Source: a virus. Taken from it: a DNA stretch of 64,000 nucleotides. The position numbers and the translations under genes were made by a program. The notes beneath the pieces are model-generated. The model was not told the DNA's origin, searched no databases, and saw only the letters and a list, made by a program, of their open reading frames with translations. Below, piece by piece: positions 1-9,583 of the stretch. How positions within the stretch are numbered: position 1 is the stretch's first letter; every line of letters starts with the position of its first letter. The stretch lies in IMG/VR virus record IMGVR_UViG_3300021091_000015; one strand, given 5' to 3'.

Positions 1-1
1 T

Positions 2-577
2 GATTCAAATTATAAATTTGGTAACTTCAGTTTAAACGAAAACTCAAAAAACAATCGTAATAAAAAGTCTATTAGATTGACTGAGTCGGACCTTATTAGA
101 ATTATTAAGAAGGTTATAATTGAACAACCCGAAAAAGATGACGTGTTATTAAGGTGGTTGGAGAATACCACGGTAATGCCATATATCGCACCCAATCCAT
201 ATAGCGGAGGTGTTTTAAAACTCGGAATTCAAATTAAAGGTAACGACGGAAACACGTTAGAATTATATGATATTAAAGGTAATCAAAAATTCAGCACACT
301 TATAAACCTTATTGAAAGGTTGGATATTACAACCGAGAACGGTAAAAGTGTTTATACCACGGATAAGGAATTTAGAGGTGAGACAGAAATAATTAATAAT
401 TCATATGTACATTATGGTTTATTTGGTCCCGATAGCGATTTGATGAGGAACTTAGATAAGTTTACCAACAAAACCAATAAGTTCATCGTTACAGTAACAC
501 CCCGTTTATCCGACGACCTCTTGAAAACAGGTTCCAAACTATTCAAAACAAAACCAAACATATTGATGGTTAACTAA
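2..577 (+). CDS. Hypothetical protein, 5'-truncated by the window edge; carries an internal KSIRLTESDLIRIIKKVIIEQ leader-like motif
   Basis: Frame is open from position 2 (DSNYKFGNFSLNENSKNNRNKKSIRLTES...) to the stop at 577, so the ORF-track TTG at 77 is probably internal. Confidence 0.7.
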   Translation, partial: DSNYKFGNFSLNENSKNNRNKKSIRLTESDLIRIIKKVIIEQPEKDDVLLRWLENTTVMPYIAPNPYSGGVLKLGIQIKGNDGNTLELYDIKGNQKFSTLINLIERLDITTENGKSVYTTDKEFRGETEIINNSYVHYGLFGPDSDLMRNLDKFTNKTNKFIVTVTPRLSDDLLKTGSKLFKTKPNILMVN

Positions 578-594
578 TATTTATTATAAAAAAC

Positions 595-915
595 ATGAAA
601 CCAAAAACATTAAACGAACAGGTAAGTAGAATTCGAGGTATAATGGGACTCAATGAATCAACAATACATGAAAGTTTTTGGAATAGTATTTTCGGTAAAC
701 CCGATGTAAAAGACGCTGCCAGTACTCAAATGAAATCTCAAGGTTATAGTCACATAGGTAGAGATGAAGAAAGAAAAGAAGAAAACTATCTTGTGTTTAA
801 TGGAGAAAAATTCTACCCAGAACAAATTGAATATGCTGACTACCAAGATTTGGGTGATTTACCAAGAGTAGAAGACGGTAAATTAATAATAGCAAACCCC
901 GCTTGGAATATGTAA
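595..915 (+). CDS. Hypothetical late protein with LNEQVSRIRGIMGLNE leader
   Basis: ORF; ATATTTAT at 577-584; A-rich start context. Confidence 0.7.
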   Translation: MKPKTLNEQVSRIRGIMGLNESTIHESFWNSIFGKPDVKDAASTQMKSQGYSHIGRDEERKEENYLVFNGEKFYPEQIEYADYQDLGDLPRVEDGKLIIANPAWNM

Positions 916-917
916 CT

Positions 918-1010
918 TTTATTAAATTAAATAATATTTATAATTAAAACGACTATGTACAAAAATTTTAGAATTTCAGAAGATGAGAAAAAACAAATTC
1001 TCGAAATGCA
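918..1010 (+). repeat. 93-bp direct repeat (late promoter + leader-coding cassette), copy 1
   Basis: Matches 4898-4990 with one mismatch (950 C vs 4930 T); partial third copy at 3643-3698. Confidence 0.95.
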
Positions 1011-1596
1011 CAGAAAACAAGGTTATAAAAGAGCAATAAACGAAGATGAGGAATCGATGAACCCCGAAAGTATGGGTTCACAAGATACATCAGTTGCAAG
1101 TCCCGAAAGTGGCAATCAAGGTATAAAACCTGAACTCGTTAAGGTTCTTAAAATATTAGCCGAAAGAAGTTTCCCAATAGTTAAAACTGCATTATCACCA
1201 GTTCCGTTCGTAAAAACTTCTGGAGGCGGTGGTTCTACGGTTTACTATGGTCAGTTCAACCCACAAAACACACCCGCCCTGCAAAAAAATTACAAGGTAC
1301 CTTATGAAGGTATTGGGCATGGAACAATATACTTTAGTATACAGCCAAACGGGTTTAATGCTGGTATTTCTGGTGAAGTCCTTCTTAACACTTTTAATTT
1401 CAAAGCCAGACTGACTGCCGATGAAATTAATAAATATACTCCAAATGACTTATATGGTCAAATCCTTGATGGTGTAAAAACACCAGGTGGGTTGATTAAT
1501 GCATTAAATAATCAATATATTGGTATACGAAATGGTGCAGGAAAATTAGAACTAATACAAAGAATGAAAGAGGATGGTTTTAAACAAGAAGGATAA
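955..1596 (+). CDS. Putative virion-internal protein, MYKNFRISEDEKKQILEMH leader family
   Basis: Leader shared with 3643 and 4935, unrelated C-terminus; ATATTTAT at 934-941. Confidence 0.75.
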   Translation: MYKNFRISEDEKKQILEMHRKQGYKRAINEDEESMNPESMGSQDTSVASPESGNQGIKPELVKVLKILAERSFPIVKTALSPVPFVKTSGGGGSTVYYGQFNPQNTPALQKNYKVPYEGIGHGTIYFSIQPNGFNAGISGEVLLNTFNFKARLTADEINKYTPNDLYGQILDGVKTPGGLINALNNQYIGIRNGAGKLELIQRMKEDGFKQEG

Positions 1597-1616
1597 CTTA
1601 CAGTAAAAACATAAAT

Positions 1617-1646
1617 AAAACCCCATCTTAAAAGGTGGGGTTTTTT
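1617..1646 (+). terminator. Intrinsic terminator
   Basis: AAAACCCCATC-TTAAAA-GGTGGGGTTTTTT hairpin with T tract. Confidence 0.85.
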
Positions 1647-1704
1647 ATTTGTGTTTGATAAAAATCAAAGTTTATTGATATTTTTCTCAAAGTTTTGTGA
1701 TATT

Positions 1705-1758
1705 TTAAAAATATTTCAAAAAAAATTTAGTTTATACAAAAAGATTGTTTTATCTTTG
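1705..1758 (+). promoter_or_regulatory. Bacteroidota-type housekeeping promoter (-7 TAnnTTTG) with conserved AAAATATTTCAAAAAAAATTT upstream block
   Basis: TATCTTTG at 1751-1758; similar upstream block at about 4820-4845, 5990-6020, 7860-7890 (minus) and 8330-8355. Confidence 0.7.
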
Positions 1759-1776
1759 TACCCACATAGATGAAAT

Positions 1777-2391
1777 ATGGAGAATTACTTAAAATTGGCT
1801 AAGGGTAAGAAGAAAACCCTAAATAAATTAACAAAGGAAGAAATGGACCTTCCAATGAAGGACTTCATTCCTTGTATATATTACAATTGTTCACCAAATC
1901 TATACGGTGTAAGATTCGCCAAAAAAATCTTGAAGGAGTCTAAGGGATTCTTAACGGAAACGAATCAATCCATGGATAACGGAGATTTTATGTTTTTTGA
2001 CGACACAACCAAAACGTACAAATATGGTGAAATCAAAATATCCTATAAAGGAATCAATGGTAAGTACAGAGTTACCAACATACGAGACCACCAACGATTA
2101 GACTATTTCATTTTGTGTTTCGTAGATACCGAAAATGATTTCAAACCAAAATATTATGTGGTACCAAAAGAACACGTAACTAATGGTACCTTTTTTAAAT
2201 TAAGTGCTATGAATGGTACTTTTATTGCTAATATGAATAATGAGGTTGTACCAAAGTCGATGACCGTATCCGAAGACGATGTTGATTGGTACTTTAGTCA
2301 AAAAAATCTATTAAATGGAAATACATATTCAAAACTCAAATCTTTTATCACTAAATCCGTAAACAATGAATACACAAAAATCAAAAATTAA
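1777..2391 (+). CDS. Putative PD-(D/E)XK restriction-endonuclease-like protein
   Basis: GDFMFFD...YGEIKIS acidic-x-K motif; host-type promoter. Confidence 0.5.
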   Translation: MENYLKLAKGKKKTLNKLTKEEMDLPMKDFIPCIYYNCSPNLYGVRFAKKILKESKGFLTETNQSMDNGDFMFFDDTTKTYKYGEIKISYKGINGKYRVTNIRDHQRLDYFILCFVDTENDFKPKYYVVPKEHVTNGTFFKLSAMNGTFIANMNNEVVPKSMTVSEDDVDWYFSQKNLLNGNTYSKLKSFITKSVNNEYTKIKN

Positions 2392-3358
2392 AAATCAAGG
2401 TAACATGTCACAAAAAACAAAACCCACCTTTTTCAGACAGGAAGTGTGGCCAACACAAAAATTCCTCTCTGTTGAAACATTCGAGAAAAATCGTGTTATC
2501 GAACCACGAATCAAAAAACTCACAAAACTTCTAAAACAAACCGATAACAATCGATTGTATGAAGTGGCAATTGGTATTGCAACCAAACCATTCAATAATG
2601 AATTGTCTCGGTACAAAAAGAATGACAAGTTTTGTCTTGATGGTAATGCACGTGCCGAAGTATGGCGTAGAAACCCTTCACTAGTTCCTGAGTATGTTTG
2701 TGTTAAAATCTATGATATTGACACAAAAGAAAAGGCGGATGAAACTTACTACACATTTGACAATTCAAGTGCAGCAGAAAGTTCAAGTGATAAGTTGAGT
2801 GGTTTTCTTCGTGAAAGAAACTATAACGCGGTAAGTGAACCGATTCGTTATGGTAAGATGAATACCTTTTTGAAAAAGGCAACCCGTTACGTACACGACG
2901 ATGATGGGTTATACTTATTAACAGCACCAATTGAAAAAATGTTGGACTATCATTGGGATGAATTAATTTTCCTCGACCAATACCAAGACATTTTTAGAAA
3001 AGGTGTTAAGAATTCTTGTAACATATACGCATCACTTTTGATGATTGGTAAAAAGTACGGTGTTACACATCCCCGTTTCAAAAAACTGTTGGATAACTAC
3101 TGTAGTGAAATATCAGAAATCAATAATAAAACTGATATGGACGGTGTTACCTATGTCTTCAATACTCTTTATGGTAAGAACAAAGAGATTTGGGGTAACA
3201 ACGCATACAGTGTGAATAAATTACCGTTGTTTGGTAAAATCCTATTTGCGTTTGATTCATTTATGAACAAACAAACAATCGTTAAAGGTTCCAAGATTAT
3301 GAAAAAGGAACAACAGTTTATCGATTACTATAAAAACTATTATCACCCAATCGACTAA
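2366..3358 (+). CDS. Putative ParB/Srx-like (DGxxR) domain protein
   Basis: FCLDGNARAEVW resembles the ParB-N DG(N/Q)(H/T)R motif; overlaps the upstream gene. Confidence 0.5.
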   Translation: MNTQKSKIKNQGNMSQKTKPTFFRQEVWPTQKFLSVETFEKNRVIEPRIKKLTKLLKQTDNNRLYEVAIGIATKPFNNELSRYKKNDKFCLDGNARAEVWRRNPSLVPEYVCVKIYDIDTKEKADETYYTFDNSSAAESSSDKLSGFLRERNYNAVSEPIRYGKMNTFLKKATRYVHDDDGLYLLTAPIEKMLDYHWDELIFLDQYQDIFRKGVKNSCNIYASLLMIGKKYGVTHPRFKKLLDNYCSEISEINNKTDMDGVTYVFNTLYGKNKEIWGNNAYSVNKLPLFGKILFAFDSFMNKQTIVKGSKIMKKEQQFIDYYKNYYHPID

Positions 3359-3380
3359 TAATTTTTATATCATTAAATTT

Positions 3381-3407
3381 AAAACCCTCCAACTCGGAGG
3401 GTTTTTT
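3381..3407 (+). terminator. Intrinsic terminator
   Basis: AAAACCCTCC-AACTC-GGAGGGTTTTTT. Confidence 0.85.
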
Positions 3408-3642
3408 ATTTGTTCTTGGTGTAATGGTCGAAGAAAACCATTCCCCATCCCATAACAATTATCCCTAAACGATACACGGTAAAATCATAACATTTGTTTT
3501 TATATAATATATTGAAATTATTTTTATAAACAAAACCATTTTCGGGCACCGGAACCGGGAATTGAATAAACAATAATAAAAAGACCGTCTTTGAAAGATT
3601 CTTTTTTGTTTTACCTAATATTTATTAGAAAAGAAAATTATC

Positions 3643-4314
3643 ATGTACAAAAATTTTAGAATTTCAGAAGATGAGAAAAAAGAAATTCTTGAAATGCACC
3701 AATCTCATGGGTATAGTGTACCGAAAAAAATAGTTATTACCGAAACACAACTTAAAACCATCGTTAATAAAATTATGAGTGAACAAGCTCGTCAGGGTTA
3801 CAAACCTTCTCAGATGTCACAATATACATTTAAAGATGAAGCAAGTTTCAACGCATACAATAAGATTCCAAAATTTACCCCACAAGCAGCATGGGTTAAT
3901 ATGTATGGTGAAACCATTTCGGGTTATAATAAAGATACAAAAGCATTTAACGCAGCCCCTGAATTCATCGCAAACATTGTAATGAATGTGGCAATGTTCT
4001 CAGGTAATAAGAAGAACATTACCGCTTACGGCACATGGGGAACGTTCAAAACGTATTTAACAAAATACATTACCGAGATAAACAAAATCAGTCCCGCTAA
4101 AGTAAGTGGTCGTTACAGCCCCTTAACAATCGTGGAAACCATCGAGAAGGTTAAAGCTCAAGCATTAAAAGCAAGAGATGAAGCCGGAAAAGATTTGGGT
4201 GTAACCAAATGGCAGAAGTTCATTACCGATGTGGTTCAACCATATTGGTTATCGATGTATCAAGCCAACGTTATACCGCCAGCTCCAACAGCGGAACCCG
4301 TTAAAAAACCTTAA
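3643..4314 (+). CDS. Putative virion-internal protein with two tandem leaders (MYKNFRISEDEKK...; KKIVITETQLKTIVNKIMSEQ)
   Basis: ORF; ATATTTAT at 3618-3625. Confidence 0.75.
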   Translation: MYKNFRISEDEKKEILEMHQSHGYSVPKKIVITETQLKTIVNKIMSEQARQGYKPSQMSQYTFKDEASFNAYNKIPKFTPQAAWVNMYGETISGYNKDTKAFNAAPEFIANIVMNVAMFSGNKKNITAYGTWGTFKTYLTKYITEINKISPAKVSGRYSPLTIVETIEKVKAQALKARDEAGKDLGVTKWQKFITDVVQPYWLSMYQANVIPPAPTAEPVKKP

Positions 4315-4318
4315 AAAC

Positions 4319-4344
4319 AAAACCCCACTTTCGTGGGGTTTTTT
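4319..4344. terminator. Bidirectional terminator between convergent genes
   Basis: AAAACCCCAC-TTTC-GTGGGGTTTTTT. Confidence 0.85.
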
Positions 4345-4345
4345 G

Positions 4346-4768
4346 TTATAAAGATTTTAGAATCTCAAAATTTGTAAAGTTCATGTACTCCACCTTATCA
4401 TTATCATACTGATACAGTATAACAGATTCATTCTCCAATACGGAGTTTATGATTAATCCGAAGTTAAAACCATCTTCGAGAATCTGTATGGTGTGAATAC
4501 CATTATGGGTTTTTACATTAAACAAACCCTCATCAACATATTCACCATCTCTATAAAAGATGAGTGACATGTTATTAAAATCCAATACATACCTACAATC
4601 TTTTAAGGTCGGTTCTGATACCTCCATGGGATGGGTTAACACCTCCTCAATCGTTTGCGTGGTATCACCGTAGAACGTTTGAATCTGATTTACCTGTATC
4701 ACAATTACCTGTGAGAATGTGTTTACTGAAATCAACACCGAGAACACAACTAAAATCAACTTTTTCAT
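4346..4768 (-). CDS. Small secreted beta-rich protein (Sec signal peptide)
   Basis: MKKLILVVFSVLISVNTFS-Q signal; start moved to the ATG at 4768; TAACTTTG promoter at 4793-4800. Confidence 0.75.
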   Translation of the reverse strand: MKKLILVVFSVLISVNTFSQVIVIQVNQIQTFYGDTTQTIEEVLTHPMEVSEPTLKDCRYVLDFNNMSLIFYRDGEYVDEGLFNVKTHNGIHTIQILEDGFNFGLIINSVLENESVILYQYDNDKVEYMNFTNFEILKSL

Positions 4769-4897
4769 AACACATAATTTTATTATTCTAAACAAAGTTA
4801 GAATATTTTTTTATATATCCAAATTTTTTTCGAAATATTTTTATTTTTTTCACAAATTATTGATTTTGGTTGGTTTATATTTTGGATTAATTAAGTG

Positions 4898-4990
4898 TTT
4901 ATTAAATTAAATAATATTTATAATTAAAATGACTATGTACAAAAATTTTAGAATTTCAGAAGATGAGAAAAAACAAATTCTCGAAATGCA
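4898..4990 (+). repeat. 93-bp direct repeat, copy 2
   Basis: See 918-1010. Confidence 0.95.
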
Positions 4991-5477
4991 TAAACAAGCA
5001 ATTAAAGAATCTTTTGATAAAGATTTGGGTGAACAAGTACCACCTAAAACACCAAATACTCAAGCACCAACAGACGACTCAAAAAGAAGAGAAATATATA
5101 ACTCCGATTTAGCTAAATGGAAAACATATTTTAATTTCAGAGATAGAGATTTGATTGAAGCAAAAGATGCAATTGAATCAGTTCAAATCCCAAATGTTAA
5201 TGGATACATGATGACCAATTTTAAATCAGTGGCGACTGTAATGGAGAAAGCCGTACCTCAAGATTGGCAGAGAGCATCAGCAAGTAGTTATAAAACATTT
5301 GGTAATTATACTGGTATAAAACCAGGTTCAGCGTGGCCAACAATTATTAACTACGTAATCGATTTAAAGCTTAATACATTAGCGTTGATTCAACAAAAAT
5401 CGGGTATGCCAGTCACACCACCAAAAAATCCTGCACCGTATCAAGCGGCTTTAAAAAATTTAGGTATCCAAGCTTAA
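4935..5477 (+). CDS. Putative virion-internal protein, MYKNFRISEDEKKQILEMH leader family
   Basis: Leader identical to 955; start placed at 4935 by alignment to its paralogs. Confidence 0.75.
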   Translation: MYKNFRISEDEKKQILEMHKQAIKESFDKDLGEQVPPKTPNTQAPTDDSKRREIYNSDLAKWKTYFNFRDRDLIEAKDAIESVQIPNVNGYMMTNFKSVATVMEKAVPQDWQRASASSYKTFGNYTGIKPGSAWPTIINYVIDLKLNTLALIQQKSGMPVTPPKNPAPYQAALKNLGIQA

Positions 5478-5494
5478 ACTAAAATATTATTAAT

Positions 5495-5524
5495 AAAAAA
5501 GGGGGTTTAAAACCCCCTTTTTTT
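5495..5524. terminator. Bidirectional terminator
   Basis: AAAAAAGGGGGTT-TAA-AACCCCCTTTTTT. Confidence 0.85.
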
Positions 5525-5942
5525 ATTTTACGACAGACTGCCATCCGTAGAATGTTCCGTTGAGTTCGGAACCGTAAACAATCATTTTTTCTTCAGGTGT
5601 GTTTTGGAAAACACAAAATGAACAAACAACACCTTCATCTTTGTAGTAGTACGCAATTATATCTACACCAATCGTATAGATACTATCAATCTGATAAACG
5701 AAAGTCTTATTGACATTGTGGTCAACAAATTCAATAATTTTCTTATCGTGATTGAAACTCACAGTGAAGTTTGTGTTGAAACTACCCATATCGACATCCA
5801 TGTGATTTTGGAACGCGGTGTAGGTGTCAACATTTGATGGGTGATTGAACATGTAGTAATCACCGATATAATAACTGTGTGTTTGTGCTTTACCTACAGA
5901 ACCGTAGATGACGAACAATAGGATTAAAATGTACTTTTTCAT
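5523..5942 (-). CDS. Small secreted beta-rich protein
   Basis: MKKYILILLFVIYGSVGKA-Q signal peptide; host-type promoter block upstream (TAACTTAG variant at 5968-5975). Confidence 0.75.
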   Translation of the reverse strand: MKKYILILLFVIYGSVGKAQTHSYYIGDYYMFNHPSNVDTYTAFQNHMDVDMGSFNTNFTVSFNHDKKIIEFVDHNVNKTFVYQIDSIYTIGVDIIAYYYKDEGVVCSFCVFQNTPEEKMIVYGSELNGTFYGWQSVVK

Positions 5943-6078
5943 GACTCTATTTTTATGATTAACAATACTAAGTTACAACATATTTTGAATATTCCAAATT
6001 TTTTTTGAAATATTTTAAAAAAAAATTCTTATCGGTTTACTTGTGATTTCTTGATATTTATTATGTAAAGAGGATTTC

Positions 6079-7347
6079 ATGAAAAAAGTAATACGGTTAA
6101 CAGAATCGAATTTAGTAGATATTGTAAAAAAAGTCATAACGGAACAAAATTATTCAGAAGTACAAGGAACGACCGACCCAACGAGAATTGCAAAACTTTC
6201 GGTTTTGACTAATGCGGGTTTACCTGCTGACGAAGCTAATTTTAGAGGAAGATGGGTATTGGAACAACCTAACATATATAAAACTTTTGGTGAGGTTAAA
6301 AATTTGAGTCTATTTAAAAATCAGAACCCAAAATCGCCAGCTGATTCTGAAAATTATATTGAAGTAACGGTTCAAAGATTTTTACCGAATGTTTTAAACC
6401 CCGATAGAACGGTTAAAGTAAAAGGTGGTCCCGACTTATCTACACCACCAGTAGTGGAATCTTTAACAAATAACGGTACAAAAACATTTAATGTAAAATA
6501 TAAAGACCCCGACGGTAAACACATTTGGAGTCTTGTTCAAATTGTTGCATCGGGTAACGGTCTATTAGCGTTATCGAGAGCTTTAAATGAGTCAACGGGT
6601 ATGCCAAATAAAATAACAATTGGTATGTCACAAACACAAAGAACCAGTGGTGGATTTACTTATGACGCATCTAAGATTGCTAACACCACACCAACCTTAA
6701 ACTCATTGTCAAATATAACTACAGCCGCGATTATAAATAAAAGTGATTTTGATGCCTCAACGAAAAAATACGTTAGTGGTGATATGTCGGGTATTGGTAG
6801 ATATTTCGATAAAACAAACGAACAGTTGGCGGACATTATGGCAAAATCTTTGTACTTTTTTGATACTCAATTTATACCAAAAGAACAAATACAAACTTAT
6901 AGAACAAAAGTAGATGCTTCAGGTAAATTACTTTTACCAAACTACAATTCAGCACCGTTTTTAGAAATATTAAATAAACTACCAGTGTTCACCGATTTTC
7001 AATCTTTATTTGATGCAAATACCGTTCAACAAAGGTGGGATTACATTAGTGTTAATGTGACCAAATCATATTCAACATTTAATGATATGATAAAAAACGA
7101 AGTTGTTGAACAGTACAAAAAAAGATTGATTGCATTTTTTACTATGGTTTACAAAGATGCAAATCAAGCAACCCAACTTGTTAATTCAACACAATTTAGG
7201 TCTGCTAGTTTGACAATTGAACGTTCTTTTCAAAATGCGATTGTTGGTGTAAAATATACGAGTGTTGCGAATTTAGATAAAGCAACCGAAAAAAAGACAG
7301 GAGCATCATATGAAGTTGGTCAATCAAAACCATCTGTTCAGAAATAA
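6079..7347 (+). CDS. Putative virion-internal protein, ITES(Q/N)L leader family
   Basis: MKKVIRLTESNLVDIVKKVITEQ; ATATTTAT at 6054-6061. Confidence 0.75.
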   Translation: MKKVIRLTESNLVDIVKKVITEQNYSEVQGTTDPTRIAKLSVLTNAGLPADEANFRGRWVLEQPNIYKTFGEVKNLSLFKNQNPKSPADSENYIEVTVQRFLPNVLNPDRTVKVKGGPDLSTPPVVESLTNNGTKTFNVKYKDPDGKHIWSLVQIVASGNGLLALSRALNESTGMPNKITIGMSQTQRTSGGFTYDASKIANTTPTLNSLSNITTAAIINKSDFDASTKKYVSGDMSGIGRYFDKTNEQLADIMAKSLYFFDTQFIPKEQIQTYRTKVDASGKLLLPNYNSAPFLEILNKLPVFTDFQSLFDANTVQQRWDYISVNVTKSYSTFNDMIKNEVVEQYKKRLIAFFTMVYKDANQATQLVNSTQFRSASLTIERSFQNAIVGVKYTSVANLDKATEKKTGASYEVGQSKPSVQK

Positions 7348-7377
7348 AAAAGGGAGGTTTAACCTCCCTTTTCTTTT
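7346..7377. terminator. Bidirectional terminator
   Basis: AAAAAAGGGAGGTT-T-AACCTCCCTTTT. Confidence 0.85.
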
Positions 7378-7378
7378 A

Positions 7379-7816
7379 CTATAAAGAACCTTTCCAAATT
7401 ATAAGATGGTCATCTTCAGGTAAGTGAACCTCAACAAAATTCTGATTCACAAATTTTATACTTCCATTTATTTTAACACCCTTAATTTGAACAATAGTGG
7501 TGTTTGTTTCTTGGTTACTGTCATATTGTAAAACTTTAAAACTTTGACACTCTTGTTTGTAATTGTAAACATAAACAGAGTCGGGTTTACCATCGTCGTA
7601 TTTTTTCCATTTCACAAAAATTCGTTGACCACATAATGAAGTATCAGTAATCTTTTCTGAATAAGATTCTTCATCAATGTAAGTGATTTTAGAAATGTCG
7701 TTAACGTCAATGTTTTTAATAACATACACTGCACCGACAGGACCATTTTGGTTTTCTTGTCCAAACAGAACTGATAAAGACAAGATGAAGACGAGGATTA
7801 ATGATAATTTTTTCAT
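7379..7816 (-). CDS. Small secreted beta-rich protein
   Basis: MKKLSLILVFILSLSVLFG-Q signal; TACCTTTG at 7839-7846. Confidence 0.75.
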   Translation of the reverse strand: MKKLSLILVFILSLSVLFGQENQNGPVGAVYVIKNIDVNDISKITYIDEESYSEKITDTSLCGQRIFVKWKKYDDGKPDSVYVYNYKQECQSFKVLQYDSNQETNTTIVQIKGVKINGSIKFVNQNFVEVHLPEDDHLIIWKGSL

Positions 7817-7929
7817 GACTTTGACTATTTTGTTAATACAAAGGTATATCGACTTTTAGAATATTCCAAATTTTTTTTGAAATATTTTAAAAATAAATCA
7901 TAAGTTATTGAAAATCAACAAAATAAATT

Positions 7930-8268
7930 TTACCAAAAAAGTTGAATACATATCATGACCACCGCTAAAATCAATGTTATGACCGTCTTCAAGGTCATTA
8001 CTTCCGAGAATAACCACATAGACATAAAGGTAAAAACAATCATACCCGAAGCAAACCCTATTAATCTGGCTGGCCATAACTGAAATCCAAAATATGTCAC
8101 AATAAGCCGAACTGATTCCAAAGTCAAAAATATTGATGGTACACCAAAAACGAGAACAGTAAGAATTTTATTGTCGGCCATCCACTTATATTTAAGTGGT
8201 CCTTGATATTGTATAAATGTCAACATATGGGCACATATACCGTAAAATAGTCCCAAAATTAATTTCAT
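7930..8268 (-). CDS. Small 4-TM membrane protein (SMR/DMT-like topology)
   Basis: Four hydrophobic segments in 112 aa. Confidence 0.6.
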   Translation of the reverse strand: MKLILGLFYGICAHMLTFIQYQGPLKYKWMADNKILTVLVFGVPSIFLTLESVRLIVTYFGFQLWPARLIGFASGMIVFTFMSMWLFSEVMTLKTVITLILAVVMICIQLFW

Positions 8269-8384
8269 ATCAAAAAGATACGAATAATATCTGTTAATAC
8301 AAAGTAAGGGGGGGGGGTAAAAAAAAGATAAAAATATTTTAAATTTTTTTTGGATATCTCAAAAATATGTTTTAAGTTTGTGGT

Positions 8385-8981
8385 ATGAAAAGGTTGATAT
8401 TGGTCTTATTTGTTTTTCCGGTTATAGGTTATTCACAAGTAAAAGTGAATGAAGATTCCGTAAATTATTATTTTGAACAAATTTTAAATGAATATCGAGG
8501 TAGTGTCGGTGGTGTATCAATTAATAAAGAATATAAACCATTTACCGACCATTGGGCCGCGTATATTTACAACTTAAAAAAGACAAAGGACAGTGCGAGT
8601 TATTATAGTGAATACTTGATTCACGGTAAGGGTAATGAAAGTCTTGAAAAACGAGCAGAAAGATATTCATCTTTAGGTATGTGGTTGTTCGAAAATGAAA
8701 TTGAGACGTTTAATTTAAACAAACCGATGTCTTTTGACAACTATAAATTTAATAACTTAAAAAATATAGATGATAGAAATTATTTAAAATATGTTGGTGG
8801 TAAATTTGGTGGTAACTACACAAATCGTGATATTGCGTGGTTTATCTTTTTAATGTGGAAAGACTCCCCAACACACAATGAGGTATTATTAAACCCAAAA
8901 GCGACAAAATTTTATATTACCACATATATTGTTGGTAATCAAATTACAGTTTCATATGTTGGACTTTCCGATATTTATTAA
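8385..8981 (+). CDS. Secreted CAP/SCP-domain protein
   Basis: Signal peptide; LNEYR, H, EN and WKDSPTHNEVLL CAP motifs; TTTG-N20-TAAGTTTG promoter ending at 8380. Confidence 0.65.
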   Translation: MKRLILVLFVFPVIGYSQVKVNEDSVNYYFEQILNEYRGSVGGVSINKEYKPFTDHWAAYIYNLKKTKDSASYYSEYLIHGKGNESLEKRAERYSSLGMWLFENEIETFNLNKPMSFDNYKFNNLKNIDDRNYLKYVGGKFGGNYTNRDIAWFIFLMWKDSPTHNEVLLNPKATKFYITTYIVGNQITVSYVGLSDIY

Positions 8982-8990
8982 TAAAAAACC

Positions 8991-9452
8991 ATGACTAAAA
9001 TTATATTAACAGAATCTCAATTAAGGAATTTAGCAAAAAATCTAAACGAAGATTCAATGGACAACAAATACAGAATGGAGTGTGAAGTTGATGTAAATCA
9101 CTTTGGTGCAAAATACAAAGGATTCGAAATTGATGATATTACAACCTCAAACATGACCTTAACTTTTGATATTGATATGGAGGGAAGAAGTTGGGGTATT
9201 AAAGATATTAGTGTTTATAACGTTCAAGGACCATCTGAAATTGAAGTAGAGATTGTTTATTATCCTGAGGACGGTGAAGATTCTGTAGACGAAACAATTA
9301 CTATCCCAATTAGTTGGGAAAATGTAGATATGCAAAAAGATGATGAAATGGGTTATATTGGTATCGGTAGAGACATTCAAATAGATTTAACCAATAATGA
9401 GAATGGTGAATTGGTATTTGACGGTATTATTGTGAATTATAATTCAATTTAA
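8991..9452 (+). CDS. Acidic protein with ILTESQL leader
   Basis: MTKIILTESQLRNLAKNLNE; ATATTTAT at 8971-8978. Confidence 0.7.
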   Translation: MTKIILTESQLRNLAKNLNEDSMDNKYRMECEVDVNHFGAKYKGFEIDDITTSNMTLTFDIDMEGRSWGIKDISVYNVQGPSEIEVEIVYYPEDGEDSVDETITIPISWENVDMQKDDEMGYIGIGRDIQIDLTNNENGELVFDGIIVNYNSI

Positions 9453-9490
9453 GATTTACATTTTTTTTAAGTAATCATATACTTATAATA

Positions 9491-9562
9491 GACCTTGTGG
9501 TTGAAGTCGAAGTGTCCTCGTGACATTTGAGTTGGAATTGATACCAGCGAATTCGGGTTCAA
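9491..9562 (+). ncRNA. Structured 5' leader (candidate cis-regulatory RNA)
   Basis: Hairpins AAGTGTC/GACATTT and GTTGG/CCAGC closed by TTGAA/TTCAA; its 5' end pairs with the 3' UTR at 10387-10398. Confidence 0.45.
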
Positions 9563-9583
9563 ATACAAAAAAAATATAAGGAA

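Noticed and set aside
3410-3610. 200-nt intergenic stretch with small hairpins
   Set aside because: No coherent structure, ORF or repeat I can support
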